A stretch of DNA of 62,086 bases, the filler included. It is 14 parts of 14 records of this genome, joined end to end, with 100 filler letters (N's around TTAATTAATTAA, not from the genome) between each part and the next. Parts side by side here need not be neighbours in the genome. Positions count along the whole stretch, not along the records: positions 11,402 to 15,416 come from SRR7504441_21888; positions 15,517 to 19,560 come from SRR7504441_21890; positions 19,661 to 23,022 come from SRR7504441_21942; positions 23,123 to 26,680 come from SRR7504441_21943; 10 more parts are not named here. One strand, given 5' to 3'. The notes beneath the pieces were generated by a model that was not told the DNA's origin, searched no databases, and saw only the letters and a program-made list of their open reading frames with translations. Position 1 is the stretch's first letter; the number at the start of each line of letters is the position of its first letter. The position numbers and the translations under genes were made by a program. This document shows, piece after piece, positions 11,738 through 23,530 of the stretch.

Positions 11738-14700
11738 TTACTGTGCCACGGCGTTCCATGCCCTCGGCCGCCGCTCTTCGTCCTCGTTGTCGGCCCGCGA
11801 GTCACCATACCGCCACAGCGCCAAGTGCTGCTTGGAGGCTGCTGCTTCGGCCTGTTTGAACTCGCTTGGCACCTTGGGCCCCTTTGGATTGGCTGTGAGC
11901 CGCGTGCAGCCTGTCTCGAGCATCCGACAGTTGATCGAGTGCTGCAGGCTCTGGTCCTGCTGCTCGTATAGGATGACTGACAGCACTCCAGCGTAGTTGT
12001 CCACAATGCGAGCCACCAGGTCCTCACGGTCCATCACTGACCGCTCCAGGTTGGAAGCCGCATCGTCACCGTACTCCTCGGAGATCCCTGGCGACTCGAT
12101 GAAGGCGAGCTTACACTCCCAAGCCATCTCGGGCACAGCCACTTTGTCTGCTGGAAATTGCTGCATGTCGTCTGGAGAGACCACGCTCGTGTTGCCATAG
12201 TCGATATACACGACCAGGTACTTATCCTCAGCCCGCCGCTCAAGTACCTGCCTCCTGCTCAGCACCGCGCATGCATCATGGTCCTACCTTGGCCCTATAC
12301 ACTTGCCCATCAAGGAATGTGGCCAGACAGTACTGACCCACCCGGTAGCTGCACCCAGCTCAGAGCAGCCCGCAGGCACAGGCTTACCGTCCACCCACGC
12401 CCGGCGCGCCAAAGTCTCCGTTCATGAACTGCTTTGCGCGGGTCTCGAGCATCCCCTTGCCCTCGTCCCCGAGCATGTGCACCCAGAACCGCGTGCCTGC
12501 CACCATTACTCAGCCCGGCGCTGGCCCGGGTTGCAGGGCAGACCGTCCGTCACGTGCTGGACCGAGACTTGAACCAGGTCAGGCATGCCTTGACTGGACG
12601 CAGCCGCTGCAGCCGCCTCCTTGGCCTCGGCCTCAGGGTCGTAGTTCTCCCACACCCCGCGCCGTGCCTGTTGAGCCGCATTGTTGGCCGCTTCCATCTG
12701 AGAGAAGTACGGGGACCGACTGGCCGAGCGCTGGTCCATCCAAGCCAGGCCTTGCTTGAGCAGCTCGATTGCCACATTCGTCTGGCCATCGTTGATCCAC
12801 AAGTTCCCGAGGAAGGTCCCGCCCCGGTCGCACCCCTCAAAATCGGCGAGCGCGTCCCGCTGGCGCGCGATTGAGTTTGTGAAAGCGAGCGCCTCGTCTC
12901 CCCAGGCAGCAGCTGGTTGGTTACCGCCGCCATGTGATGGGGTCCGGATGCCAGCGAGCGCGAAGGTGAGCACGCACGAATCCTTGGGCATGGCGAGCTT
13001 GAATCTGGATCCAGACATGACAAACTCGACAACACACTGCCCCGGAGTCAGTGCGGCCGCCAGCCTAGCCAGCACCGGACTCTTGCCCTCGCGCTGGAGG
13101 GAAGGGAGCAAAGACTGCGCTTTCTGAGCTGAAGCCGACATGTTGTTGATCCTGTGCTGCGGAGCTGGCCGGGAGCTGTGCAGCCCCCGTCCGCCGGCCT
13201 TGGCCTGGCTCTCTGATTCGAGCAGCAGGGAGTACTCGGAGGCTCGCTCATCGTTCTCCCGATGGCTCATGCAGCTTGCGAGCCCCTGCCCCAAACTCAG
13301 CACAGGCAAACTAGGACAAGTTACAGCGCCGATCAGCTTTGCGGCCAGATTCTGTCGCTTATGGTCGAACAGAGTGACAAACGGACGCTCTTTCTCCGCG
13401 ATGGTCCGAGTGTAGTCGACTTTTGCCATCAGTTTGCTAGCTCCCATCACCTGGCTGCGCAGCCACTCCTTCGCCTCAAAGCTCCACGGCTCGTCCGTCT
13501 CGCCTTGCTCGCGGGCGCGCTGTCCGAAGATCCGCGGCGCCCGAGTGCTCGACAAGCTCACCTGAGAACAAGATAACCCGAGCGCCGGCCACAGGCAGTC
13601 ACCATCACAGGCTCAGAACCGAGGCCCTTGAGCACGATCGAGTCACCGGACCGCACCTCGACAGCCTCGACTTGCGCCAGCTGGCCCGAATTGCTCGGGT
13701 TCAGCCCGTTGGCCTGCCCAAGCTGGCCAGAGCCCAGCCTGCAGGCTACCTCCTGGCCCTTCCAGATCCCAAGACTGGCGACGCGCGCCTGGCTCTCGCA
13801 AGTCCTCAGCGTCGCGGCGCCGCTGACCGACCCCTTGGCCGACCACTCGACCATCTGCGCCAGGCTCAGTCGGGCTGCCCGCACGGCGGCGATTGCCTTG
13901 GCGTATCCGCGGCTGAGCAGCTCCTCTGCGATGTTGCCTTCGCTGGTGGTGATCGATCCGATGGCAGAGCCGTTCTGCTCGACGGTCTCGAGGGTGACTT
14001 CCACGTTCCGCTGGAGCACCAGCGACTCTGACAGGTATTTGGCCTCATAGTAGCACGGCTGCGGGGCCGGAGCGGAATCCGGGTCGGCCGCACGCATAAT
14101 GCGCGGTCCAGCCACTCCGGAGAGGCTCACCATCACTTGCTTGAAATCGGGGAGCAGCAGGCAGCTGAAGCTGGCCGGGTCTCGCACCCATTCGACCACT
14201 CCAGCCAGAGGCTCGCCCTTGGGCAGCGAGCGCCACCAGCGCTGCACGTCAAACTCTCGCTCGATCGCCGGGCGGACAGCAAGCGGATCGGGCTCGGCCG
14301 CGTGCAGGCCCAGCCCAGCCTCCCGGGCCGCGGCCTCGGCGTTCTGGAGCGCCTCGAACTGCTCGCCGGAGCCCTTGTCTTTGACGAGGACCAGCCCGCG
14401 CGACACCAGCTCGGCGGCCACGTCCCGCCCGTTCAGGTACACAGTGGCAAACTGACCCCCGGCGGCTGAGCAGACCGACCGGCACCGCTCGTGCCTGCCG
14501 GCCGCCGAAGCTGCCGTCCACTCGGAATTCGACTGGCTTGCCCACCAGGGCCTCGCGGAGCACCTCGCGCGCCGCCCAGGCATAAGGGGCGTCCTGCCCC
14601 GGGGCTCGACCGGGCTGGGGGGCGGCCGGCTGCCTCGGTGGTGTCGCGCCGAGCCAGCCGCGGCGCGATCACGCCGCTTAGGGTGACGGTAAGCTCGGCC

Positions 14701-14861
14701 GGGGGTACCTATGCATGGTTCGCGAGCCGGGCCGGGCGGCACGGGCGGACCTGGGTGGGCGGGCCGAAGAGCACCACCGTATCGCCAGACTTAACCTTCC
14801 CCCCCGGATCGGCCCCGGCTGGCCACCAGGCAAGCACCTCTTTGACGTATGCACGATTCAT
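11738..14861 (-). CDS. SND1: Tudor staphylococcal nuclease (Tudor-SN), many short introns
   Basis: Repeated SNase domains (VKEV/KSGDTVV; EPWSFEAKEWLR; VVEFVMSGSRFKL; CDRGGTFLGNL), a Tudor domain (VVYIDYGN) and the C-terminal LWRYGD. Confidence 0.93.
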
Positions 14862-15232
14862 CACAGTCCGGGTTGGCGTACGATCCGGTGCCGCGGCGGC
14901 GGTAGTAACGTCCAAAGGTCGAGCTTGTCAAAGAGCGATTCGCAGCTTCAGTTCACATTGAGCGGACGGCACGACTTAGCGGATTGTATTAATGTGCAAG
15001 TGCCTGCACCACAAGTATATCCCATGATGATTGATCGAGCTCCGGTTTATTCATGACCACTCGGTTCAACCTAAATCATGTCGACAGGGATTAACTTCAT
15101 GGTTTAATTTATTTGAGCCGAATGATTATGACGAGCTGAAGCATCGAATCAATTGATTAATGTCGATACACGGTCGATACGACAGTGCCGTCATGCCGAT
15201 TGACTTCGTGACTAGCTTCATCACCGTGTGAT

Positions 15233-15416
15233 CTAATCGCTATCGTCGCCGAAGGACATCTTGGAGCCCTGGAAATCTTGGATTGTGTCACTTTGACGGG
15301 ACGGGCCCTTGCCTTTACCCTTGCCCTTGCCCTTGCCCTTCCCCTTGCCTTTGCCCTTGCCCTTCCCCTTGCCGCTGTCGCCCTTGCCCTTGCCTCCCTT
15401 GCCCTTGCCTCCCTTG
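15233..15416 (-). CDS. 3' end of a nucleolin/Nsr1-like protein with a Lys-Gly repeat tract (partial)
   Basis: Translation KGGKGKGGKGKGDSG(KG)n...PSRQSDTIQDFQGSKMSFGDDSD*. The tail resembles the nucleolin/Nsr1/gar2 FxGxKxxFxD terminus. Confidence 0.55.
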
Positions 15417-15516
15417 NNNNNNNNNNNNNNNNNNNNNNNNNNNNNNNNNNNNNNNNNNNNTTAATTAATTAANNNNNNNNNNNNNNNNNNNNNNNNNNNN
15501 NNNNNNNNNNNNNNNN

Positions 15517-16240
15517 TCTCCTTCTTCTCCTTCTTCTCCTTCTTCTGCATTTGCGTTTTGCCTTGTACCCCGTCTTCGCCGCAGCCACTTGGCTCTGAAC
15601 TCTTCCCCTCACTTGCCTTCTTCTTCCCCTTCTTGGCATCCTTGTCTATCTTCTGTCCGACAGCGCCCGACGTATCCTTCCTCTTCCTCTTCTTGCCCCC
15701 CTGGCCATCCTCCTCGGCCACAGTCCCCGCAGCCCACGGATCCACAGTCCCCGCAGTCACACCCTCCAGCTGCTGCGCCGCCTCGCCCCCTCGCTTGGCC
15801 CCAGACACTGTCTTAGCGTACCATGTCCTGCTGCCATCGTCGTAGCACACCCCCATTCGCTGCAGCTCCCGCGCGTGCTCGTCCGCCTGCTCGTACTGCT
15901 TGGCCTGCTTGGCCTGACTGCGCGCAGCCAGCAACTCGCCCACCCGCGCCGCGTCCACCTTCACGCCCTTACCTTCGACGCGCCGCCACTCTCCAGTCTG
16001 GCCCAGCTTTGTCTCCATCGCCAGACGCCGCTGCCGCTGCCGCTCCTCCGCCGCCTGCTTGGGCTTCTCCATACCGAGCTGTGCCCGCAGCTTGGCCGCC
16101 TTGGCAGTCAGCCGCTTCCGCGTCCGCTTGTTCTCGGCAGAGTCACTCAGCTGCTGCAGGCGCTGCTCGGTCGCCTGCAGCCTGTGCGCGGGGTCCTGGC
16201 TCGCCTGCCAGTCCGCGGGGGACTGCACTGTCTTCGACAT
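15517..16240 (-). CDS. Lys-rich hypothetical protein with a CysRS C-terminal-like helical module (3' partial)
   Basis: RVGELLAARSQAKQAKQYEQADEHARELQRMGVCYDDGSRTW resembles the cysteinyl-tRNA synthetase anticodon-binding tail. KKRKRK and KKEKKEKK tracts follow. Confidence 0.55.
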
Positions 16241-16281
16241 CGCACGCAGGTCCGTTATTGTTACCGCAGTCGGCGGGCAGC

Positions 16282-16708
16282 ATGTACCGTAGCAGCTGCT
16301 TAGTGCTGCCACGCGGGCCGTCTGAGCGCAGTGCAGGCCCCTGTTCAAAGTATTCGCCCTCGAGACGCTGACCAAGCCCTTGATCCCTGCGGGTGAGCTG
16401 CACCTGGCGCTCCAGAAGATCTGGTCGGTGCCGCCCTCGGTGCTGAAGGCAACCCCTCACGCCCTCCTCCCCCCTGCCTCACGCTCGGCCAGGTGATGGT
16501 GAACCGAGTGGCGGACTGGAACAACGACCAAGCCGATCTGTATGTGGATATCCGGGCTAAGGCAAAGCCAGAGCGCACGCCGGAGGTTGTGGAGGCAGCA
16601 CTGGAGCAAACCAGCCAGCTGCTCGCCTCACGCGGCCTGAGCAGCAACATCCGCCTTGAGCTGTACACGCCGACGTTGCAGTATTCCAAGTTACGCACAA
16701 AGCTGTGA
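16282..16708 (+). CDS. Small tautomerase/MIF-like protein (introns 16284-16336, 16449-16492)
   Basis: Spliced product MPLFKVFALETLTKPLIPAGELHLALQKIWSVPPSVLK/VMVNRVADW...LYVDIRAKAKPERTPEVV has Pro after Met and two beta-alpha-beta-like units. Exon phases are consistent. Confidence 0.55.
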
Positions 16709-16826
16709 CAATTATGTTGCGTGATAGTTATTGTCAGTACCAATACTCGTACTCGTGCAGTTATTAGAGTGGCTTACGCGTGCACATGCACAATGATGTT
16801 CTTTTTAGAGAGCTAGCTAGAGAGCT

Positions 16827-18248
16827 TTATTCGTCGACGATTGCATACGTCCAATATTTGCCGACCGCAACGTCCAGGACCCGCCTGCCTTCCAAGCTTT
16901 CGACTGCACTAGGCGCATGAACGTAGCATTTCATGGTTCGTTTCTTCTTGCCATCACGCTGCATGATGGCACGCAGTCCAGTCCGACCGTTACTGCCACA
17001 GCCCCAACAAAAGAGCACCCCATCCTGGCTCAAAGCCGCAGAGTGAATATGGGCCGCGCAGCTCTTCACGATCCTGGTATCGCTCAAGTAGTTGGTCTTG
17101 CCGTCACGGCCAAACTGTTCGGCTGAGTGCATCCCCATCCGGCGGGCCGCGGCCTCCGGGTCGCGCTCTAGCTGCTCTGGGGCCCCGATGTACACCTTGT
17201 CCGCACCCTCGTCCATTTCAGCCTCACTGCCCACGCAATAGAATCTAAGTCTATCGCGGGCTGGGCTGAGAGTCTTGAACAGGTGATCCGCAGCCAAGCC
17301 CTTGTGCGAGGTCCCAGCGATCCAGAGCCGGCCTTGCCGGTCGGCCACCATGCACCTAGGGCCTTCCTGCCCTGTGAGCCACTTGCCGTTTGCTCTAACC
17401 TGCTTCGGGTTGGGCGAGCCACGAGTGCAACAGACCGAGGCCGCATGGACCCCAGCCTCCTCACCGAATTGATCGCACCGCACCGGCCGCGGGCATCGCC
17501 TGTGCCGCTTACCCAGGCCTAAGTTGCCCGAGATCCCATTGCCCCACACCCAGAGCTCGCCGCTCGTGGTCACCGCCCCACCGTGCAGCGAACCAACAGC
17601 GAAGTCTACCACCCGCTCAAGCGGCTCGCCGGCTTCGGTCAATATCGGACGGGCCTCGCTGCACTGCTGGCCGAGACCGTTGGTGAGCCCGGCCCCGCAG
17701 CCCCACAGCTCGCCGGCTGCCCCGAGTACCAACACCGTCCCCTCGCTGGCATCCACCCGCACCGCCGCACCCGGGCAGCCCAGACTAGCCGACCGTATGA
17801 GTGCGCCCTGGCTGCACGCCTCTCCCAGGGCCCGGGCCCCGAAACACTTCACTTCGCCCCCGACTAGCACAGCTGCGACGAACCCGCTACCGGCGGCACA
17901 GCTGGCACAGCCGTCCGCCACACGAGTGGGTCGCTCCGGGAGTCCCGCCCGCTCGCTGCCCCACAGCCAGAGCCCGCCCTGCCAGTCGCGGGCGCAGAAG
18001 GCGTTCGACTCGCCCGAGACTTGAGCCATCCTGGGGGCGGCGGCCGGCAGAGCCAGCCGCGTGAAGTACAAGCAGTCCTGATCGTAGTCGAGCGCAGAGT
18101 CCGGCACCGGCAGCCCAAAGCCCCTCCCAGACCCAGCCCCGTACAGCCGGCCAGCCCGCACCTCCGCCGGCAAGCAGGCCTCCTCCGCGAGGCACCCCGC
18201 CTCCGGGCACGCCTCTCCCTCACGCACGTGCGGTTCAACTCTGGCCAT
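16827..18248 (-). CDS. RCC1/BLIP-II repeat protein
   Basis: AVGSLHGGAVTTSGELWVWGNGISGNLGLG; AAHIHSAALSQDGVLFCWGCGSNGRTGL. Confidence 0.85.
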   Translation of the reverse strand: MARVEPHVREGEACPEAGCLAEEACLPAEVRAGRLYGAGSGRGFGLPVPDSALDYDQDCLYFTRLALPAAAPRMAQVSGESNAFCARDWQGGLWLWGSERAGLPERPTRVADGCASCAAGSGFVAAVLVGGEVKCFGARALGEACSQGALIRSASLGCPGAAVRVDASEGTVLVLGAAGELWGCGAGLTNGLGQQCSEARPILTEAGEPLERVVDFAVGSLHGGAVTTSGELWVWGNGISGNLGLGKRHRRCPRPVRCDQFGEEAGVHAASVCCTRGSPNPKQVRANGKWLTGQEGPRCMVADRQGRLWIAGTSHKGLAADHLFKTLSPARDRLRFYCVGSEAEMDEGADKVYIGAPEQLERDPEAAARRMGMHSAEQFGRDGKTNYLSDTRIVKSCAAHIHSAALSQDGVLFCWGCGSNGRTGLRAIMQRDGKKKRTMKCYVHAPSAVESLEGRRVLDVAVGKYWTYAIVDE

Positions 18249-18382
18249 TCCCGCCCTTGTAATCAAGCACCGGCCTAGATCTACAGCTGTACACTGCGGT
18301 AGACTCTACTGCGGATCAGGCATGATCCGTCATTAATTCTCATCTGCAGCATCAGATATTTGATTCGTCATTTATATTAAGT

Positions 18383-19560
18383 CTATATCTTGTCGGCTAA
18401 TTGCTCTTGCCTCATGTTCTCCATATGAGCGGCTTGCTCGGCTAAACCAGCTGTGGTTGCCATCTGTTCTAAAGCTTGCCACATCTTGGGGTACTGAGCA
18501 CACATGTGTGCCACTCCACTCAGCGCAGCGCAGTGCTTGGTGTCCTCAAGCCACCGTACAACATTCGCAATCACAAGTTCTGGCCGATCGATCTGCTCTG
18601 TGCCCAGCTGCTCGAATGCCTTGGCCAGCTCATCCGGTGCACTGCTCACCCAGGGACTGAGCACTGTGGCTGCGAAAAAGTCCGAATTGGCCGGATCCAG
18701 TCCGCCTAGTACGCTCCCCACCAGCGCCGGGCTGGGTGGCGCGCTCCTCAGCAGGCTGGCCAGTCCAGCCAGCGCCTCTGGCTGGCTCGAGTCGTGCACG
18801 CCTGGGAGCACGGCCCTGGCCACCGCGAGCACCCGGTCCGGCCTGGCCGGCAGCTGCATCTCAGCCACCAGCAGCTGCCAGAAGGCCGCCTGCTCGTACG
18901 ATCCCCACTGAAGCGAGGCCGCCGCCAGCTCGCCCGACCGGCTCCCAATCAGCTCCAGCCTATTAAAGTGCAGCAGTGCTCGCCAGCGGTGGAGCGAGGC
19001 TGGATCCACTGTCATCAGCAGCCGATGGACCAGCTCCGGACGCCCGACCAGCCAGCTCGGCCATTCAACGAACGCAGCGACCGCTGCCTGTAGGAACAAC
19101 TCGAGCTCGGTCTCCAGCCCGGAGAGCAGCTGCTGTGTCATCATGTCGGCCGGCTCAGTCCCAGCCTGCTCTGCCAGCAACCGCACGAGCTGCTCCACCC
19201 GCCCTAACGGCATCTGGTCCCGGACTGCGTGCAGCAGTAGCTGGGCCGGCAGCTGGGCCCAGCCAGGGTGCTCGCACAGCGCATGCATCAGCGGCATCAG
19301 CCAGCCATCTTGCTGCTCGGGCGGCGCGAGTAGCAGCGCTGCCCCGCCAGACGGCTCGATCAGTCCATCCAGGTAGGCGGCCATCATCCGGACCAGCGCC
19401 CCATCCGCAGGCTGCTCACCGGCCGCCGCCTGATACGCGCTGAGCAGCCTCGGGAACGCCTCGAGCACCTGCTGGCTGCTGGCAGGGGCTCGGCCGGCCA
19501 GGTGCGCCCGCAGGAATTCGGGGCATTCCGGCAGCCGGTGGGGCTCTGCTGGCAGGTCTG
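18383..19560 (-). CDS. INTS3: Integrator/SOSS subunit 3-like, C-terminal part (5' partial)
   Basis: SLQWGSYEQAAFWQLL...QPEALAGL...PSPALVGSVL...DFFAATVLSPW matches the INTS3 pattern SLDWETFEQYCAWQL...HPEAL...PSEEMV...DQFTTSILRHW. Confidence 0.72.
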
Positions 19561-20092
19561 NNNNNNNNNNNNNNNNNNNNNNNNNNNNNNNNNNNNNNNN
19601 NNNNTTAATTAATTAANNNNNNNNNNNNNNNNNNNNNNNNNNNNNNNNNNNNNNNNNNNNACGTTGTGATTTCTTACAAGTACGTACACGAGGCCTGTTT
19701 GCAATGCTTTTAATTTATAATATATAAAGTCTCTCTCTTATTTTGAGTTCGCGTGCATGTGACCGTCATCATGTCTGAATTGGATCGTGCATGCCGGAAG
19801 AATCTAAAATATTTGCTGGATGTATTGAATCATTTTTTGGAAGGTGGTCTCGTCGTCTTGACCAAGCTGTTGTTTTCAACCTCATTGGTTGCTGCTCCAC
19901 GCAGACCGAGCACTCATCGGTTCGCTCCTGGGTGTGGCACCGCTCCGAGGAGTTGCATCAGACTCGGTGGTTGAGCGGTGTGATTTGATGTCTGTGAAGG
20001 CCGACCTTGGGCTCATAGGCAGTCGTGCCGAGTTGGGCGCACTTGGAGTCCTGCACAACCGCCCATTCAAGCCAGGCAACGCAATGTGGGAC

Positions 20093-22721
20093 TCACCGTG
20101 GTGTCGAGTGCCCGCTGTCGTGCTGCTGTTTCATTTTCTGTAGAGGCAGTGCTGGGACCCGGAGCGCGCTTGAAGTCCTGCGGGTAGGGACTGCCGCCTG
20201 CTCGATGGGGGCAATCATCCGCTGCATCTGATCTGGGCCCTCCGAAGCGGGCTGCAGCTCTGTGCTCGGCTCCTCTCTGATGGGAGTGCTGAGCGTCTGG
20301 TTGTTGGAGCTCTCGGGTGCTGAGCTGGTCTTGGCCTTGTCAGCCAGCGCCTTTGGAGGGACGACCGGAGAGCGGCAGATGGGGCAGCTGCGCCCAAAGC
20401 AGAACCACTTCTCGATGCAGGCGTCGTGGAAGACGTGCCCACAGGGCAGCTTTGTCAGCAGCATTGAGCTGTCTTCGTCGCTGTCGCTCGAGTGTTCCGA
20501 CTGCGCCTCCGCATCAGAGTTGGATCCACTTCCCTTAGGAAGTGAACTGAGCCTCCGCATGCAGACCTGGCACTGGGTATGCTTGTGCTCCTCTGTTGGC
20601 TCTATCAGCTCGAGCACTTTGGTCTCTGCGATCACGGCCAGCTCCTGCTCGGAGAAGCCGTGTGGAATGTGGTCGTTGAAGGCCTCGAGCACAGCCGGGT
20701 CAATTGGGAGCACATCGTCTAGCCCGTCCACGTGCCGGCCATCCTCCATGGTGAGACGCGAGAGCTCGTTGAGGAAGTCCAGTGGGACTACTAATGGTGA
20801 CTCATCCAGCATGTTGCGCGATCCTATGTGACCGTCCTGCAGATTGAGATTCATGCTCCTAATCTGGCAACAAAGCACACATCAGCACACAGCACACATC
20901 GGTCTGAACGGAGCACCTCGGCATCAGACGAGCTGTCACTGAGGTCAGAAAAATCTGACGAGCTGCGGATCCGAATCTCCTTTTTATGTAGAAGCCCGGC
21001 CATGTCCTCCAATCCTTGCACGTCGTCAATCTTGAACCGACGGAAGTGCTGTGCACACAGCTCGTCCTCTTGGAATGACTTGTCGGTCGAACCAGGTCGA
21101 CTGGCGGATCGGACTGGCTGGTGGGCAGTGGCCGTCATATGAACCATATGGATCAAGCTGGGTGGCGATTCCGAGACAAAGTTGCTTCCACGTGATGGAC
21201 TGCGCGCATCGAGTGCTCCGCTCCCAAACAGCTCTTTCTTGGCCTCCATCGCACCGAGGAGGATAGACTGAAGCGGCGAAGACGGAGTCGATGGACGTCC
21301 GGGGCAGTCCGGCGATGAGGATGGCGACTGAGGCATCAGGTGCTCCGCCACCGCCATCACACGGTTCAGACTAATTAGCATCAGATTGAGGTCCGGGTGA
21401 GAGTTCCCAGCAGACTGCCTTATGTGGCAAAGGTCCTTCAGGTCTCTCTCAAGCATGGCAGTCTCCGCAGGAAGATCCACGACCTGTACAGCACCAGTTA
21501 GGCTCAGCCTGCGGGCTCGACGCACCGCTTTGAGCAGGGTGTTGGTAACGACGATGCACTCGTCAAGGATCTTGAGCACCGTGTTAGCCGGAGCACCTGC
21601 GCCACTCTGTTAGCCAGAGATCCACGGAGCAGGTGGGCGGTCTAACCCGGGCAACTAGCGGGCTATCTGCAAATCAAATGTGGCACTTACAGTTGGCAAT
21701 AGTTTGCTCCAAATACTTGTGAAGCAAACGAAGCTCTGAGACCGCCTATAGCATCAGGTAAATCACCGGCTTGCCCGAAATAGGGCGCACGTTGGAGGCG
21801 TGGTTCGGGACGGGTGAGAATACTCCAGTCGCTTCCTCGAGGGAGGTGTCATCACTCGGTACTGTTGTTGTCGACTCTCGAGCTGCGTTAAATTCGTGGC
21901 TCGTCCGTCCTGGCTCCTCTCGAGACCCAGGCTCTTCCCCTTCCCCTCGTGCGCTCTTCCGCCCCTTCGGCTTAAGCACTCGCACATTGGTCTTCTCCCC
22001 ATCTGGCAGTCAGAGCTCAGAGCTCGGCAAGGGACACCACACCATTAAAGGGCCGGAACTCACCTCGGTGCGTCCGGCTCCCCCCGGAGCTTCCTACGTT
22101 TGTCCCATTCGGCGAGCTTGCGGTTGGAGCGCGCTCGCCACGAGAGCCGGGTCCCCTCTCAGAAGCTCGTCTTGCGGTTGCCAACTGCCCCGAGCCAACA
22201 ACTCAAACAAAGGGCAGATGAAAGGTTTTCGAGGGCCGGCCCGGGCACAAGGCGGCAACGGCATACAGGCATGCCATTGGTCCGGTGTTAATCCCTAGGT
22301 GCGCGCCTACTACAAGAGGCCGGGCGACAACAGTCGAATCCGTCGGACGACTAATGACACTCGTAGCAGAATCGAGAGGGCAAGCACCTGGTGAGTCTTG
22401 GGATGCCGCTTCGTGTTGGTGCGTGGCGTTCCGGCCCCGGGTGTTGAGCGCCCCGACTCCTTCCCTGGTACCACAAAGCAACAATCAGGTGTCGGGCGAA
22501 CTAGACGGCCGCTTACTTCTCTTCGGGGACAACAGGCTATGGTTGGCAGAAGCTTGCTCGCAGGAGATCGATCTAGGTGTCTTCTTCATATCTTCAGGCG
22601 ACAAGTTCCTCCTTCTAGTCCCCTTGACGGGCGAGCTCAGTGGCGTATCGCGATGAGTTCTCGAGCGCCCGTCCCCGCCCGCCCCCGCGATCCCCGCCAG
22701 GTCTAGATGAAATCCCGACAT
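20093..22721 (-). CDS. RING-H2 finger E3 ligase with a long low-complexity N-terminus (multi-exon; ends uncertain)
   Basis: CQVC...LPCGHVFHDACIEKWFCFGRSCPICR. Upstream minus-strand ORFs are Ser/Pro-rich. Confidence 0.7.
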
Positions 22722-23122
22722 CCCGACCTGCGCACCGGCGGCTCAGATCACTAGAATGCCCCCGGCCGAGGCCTGAAGCCACGCACCCGGTCGGCGATCG
22801 CCTACGGTGCCCGGCCCGCTGCCACTGCCGCACCTGCCAGCGGCCGCTGTTGGGCTGCAGCTGATGTGTGTCTACTCAACAGCTTTGTCCGTTAGATTTC
22901 TCAGACACTGGTCAGTGTCGACGTCACGGTACTGCAACTGAAGCCCTGAACTGCCCGGGCATCAATCAATCAATGTCTTTACTACGTCCCATGAGAACTT
23001 AAAGTAGCCTTAGCTTTTGCGCNNNNNNNNNNNNNNNNNNNNNNNNNNNNNNNNNNNNNNNNNNNNTTAATTAATTAANNNNNNNNNNNNNNNNNNNNNN
23101 NNNNNNNNNNNNNNNNNNNNNN

Positions 23123-23530
23123 AAGGTCGGGCAGCTCTCGGACATCCCGCCGGACTGCACCATCACGTTTGCGGACGAGGCCGAGCTTGAGGCTTACATC
23201 CGGCTTTATGAGGCGCAAGGATGCACGCGGGAAGAGGTCCTGAGCGTGTTTGAGCATTTCATCTGGAGCTTTGACGGCCGGATGGCCTGTCTGAACGCGA
23301 GCACCTGGAGCATCAACCATGGGGGCGGTCCCGAGGAGCAGCACACGACCAACCTGGCAAAGTGGGTGACAGAGGACGGGGCGTTCGTCTTCACGGCGGC
23401 ATGCGACATTCCCGCCGGGGAGGAGCTGCTCTGTGATTACAGGGAGTTCGACCAGCCGCAGTTTTACCTGGATTACTGCGCCAGGCACGGGTTCAAGGAC
23501 GTCCGCACCACGGTCGTGGAGGCCTGCTGT
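23123..23530 (+). CDS. SET-domain protein fragment (5' partial, 3' end joined to the GH2 gene)
   Basis: SINHG...FTAACDIPAGEELLCDY are the SET signature motifs. The frame is open from the contig edge. Confidence 0.8.
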
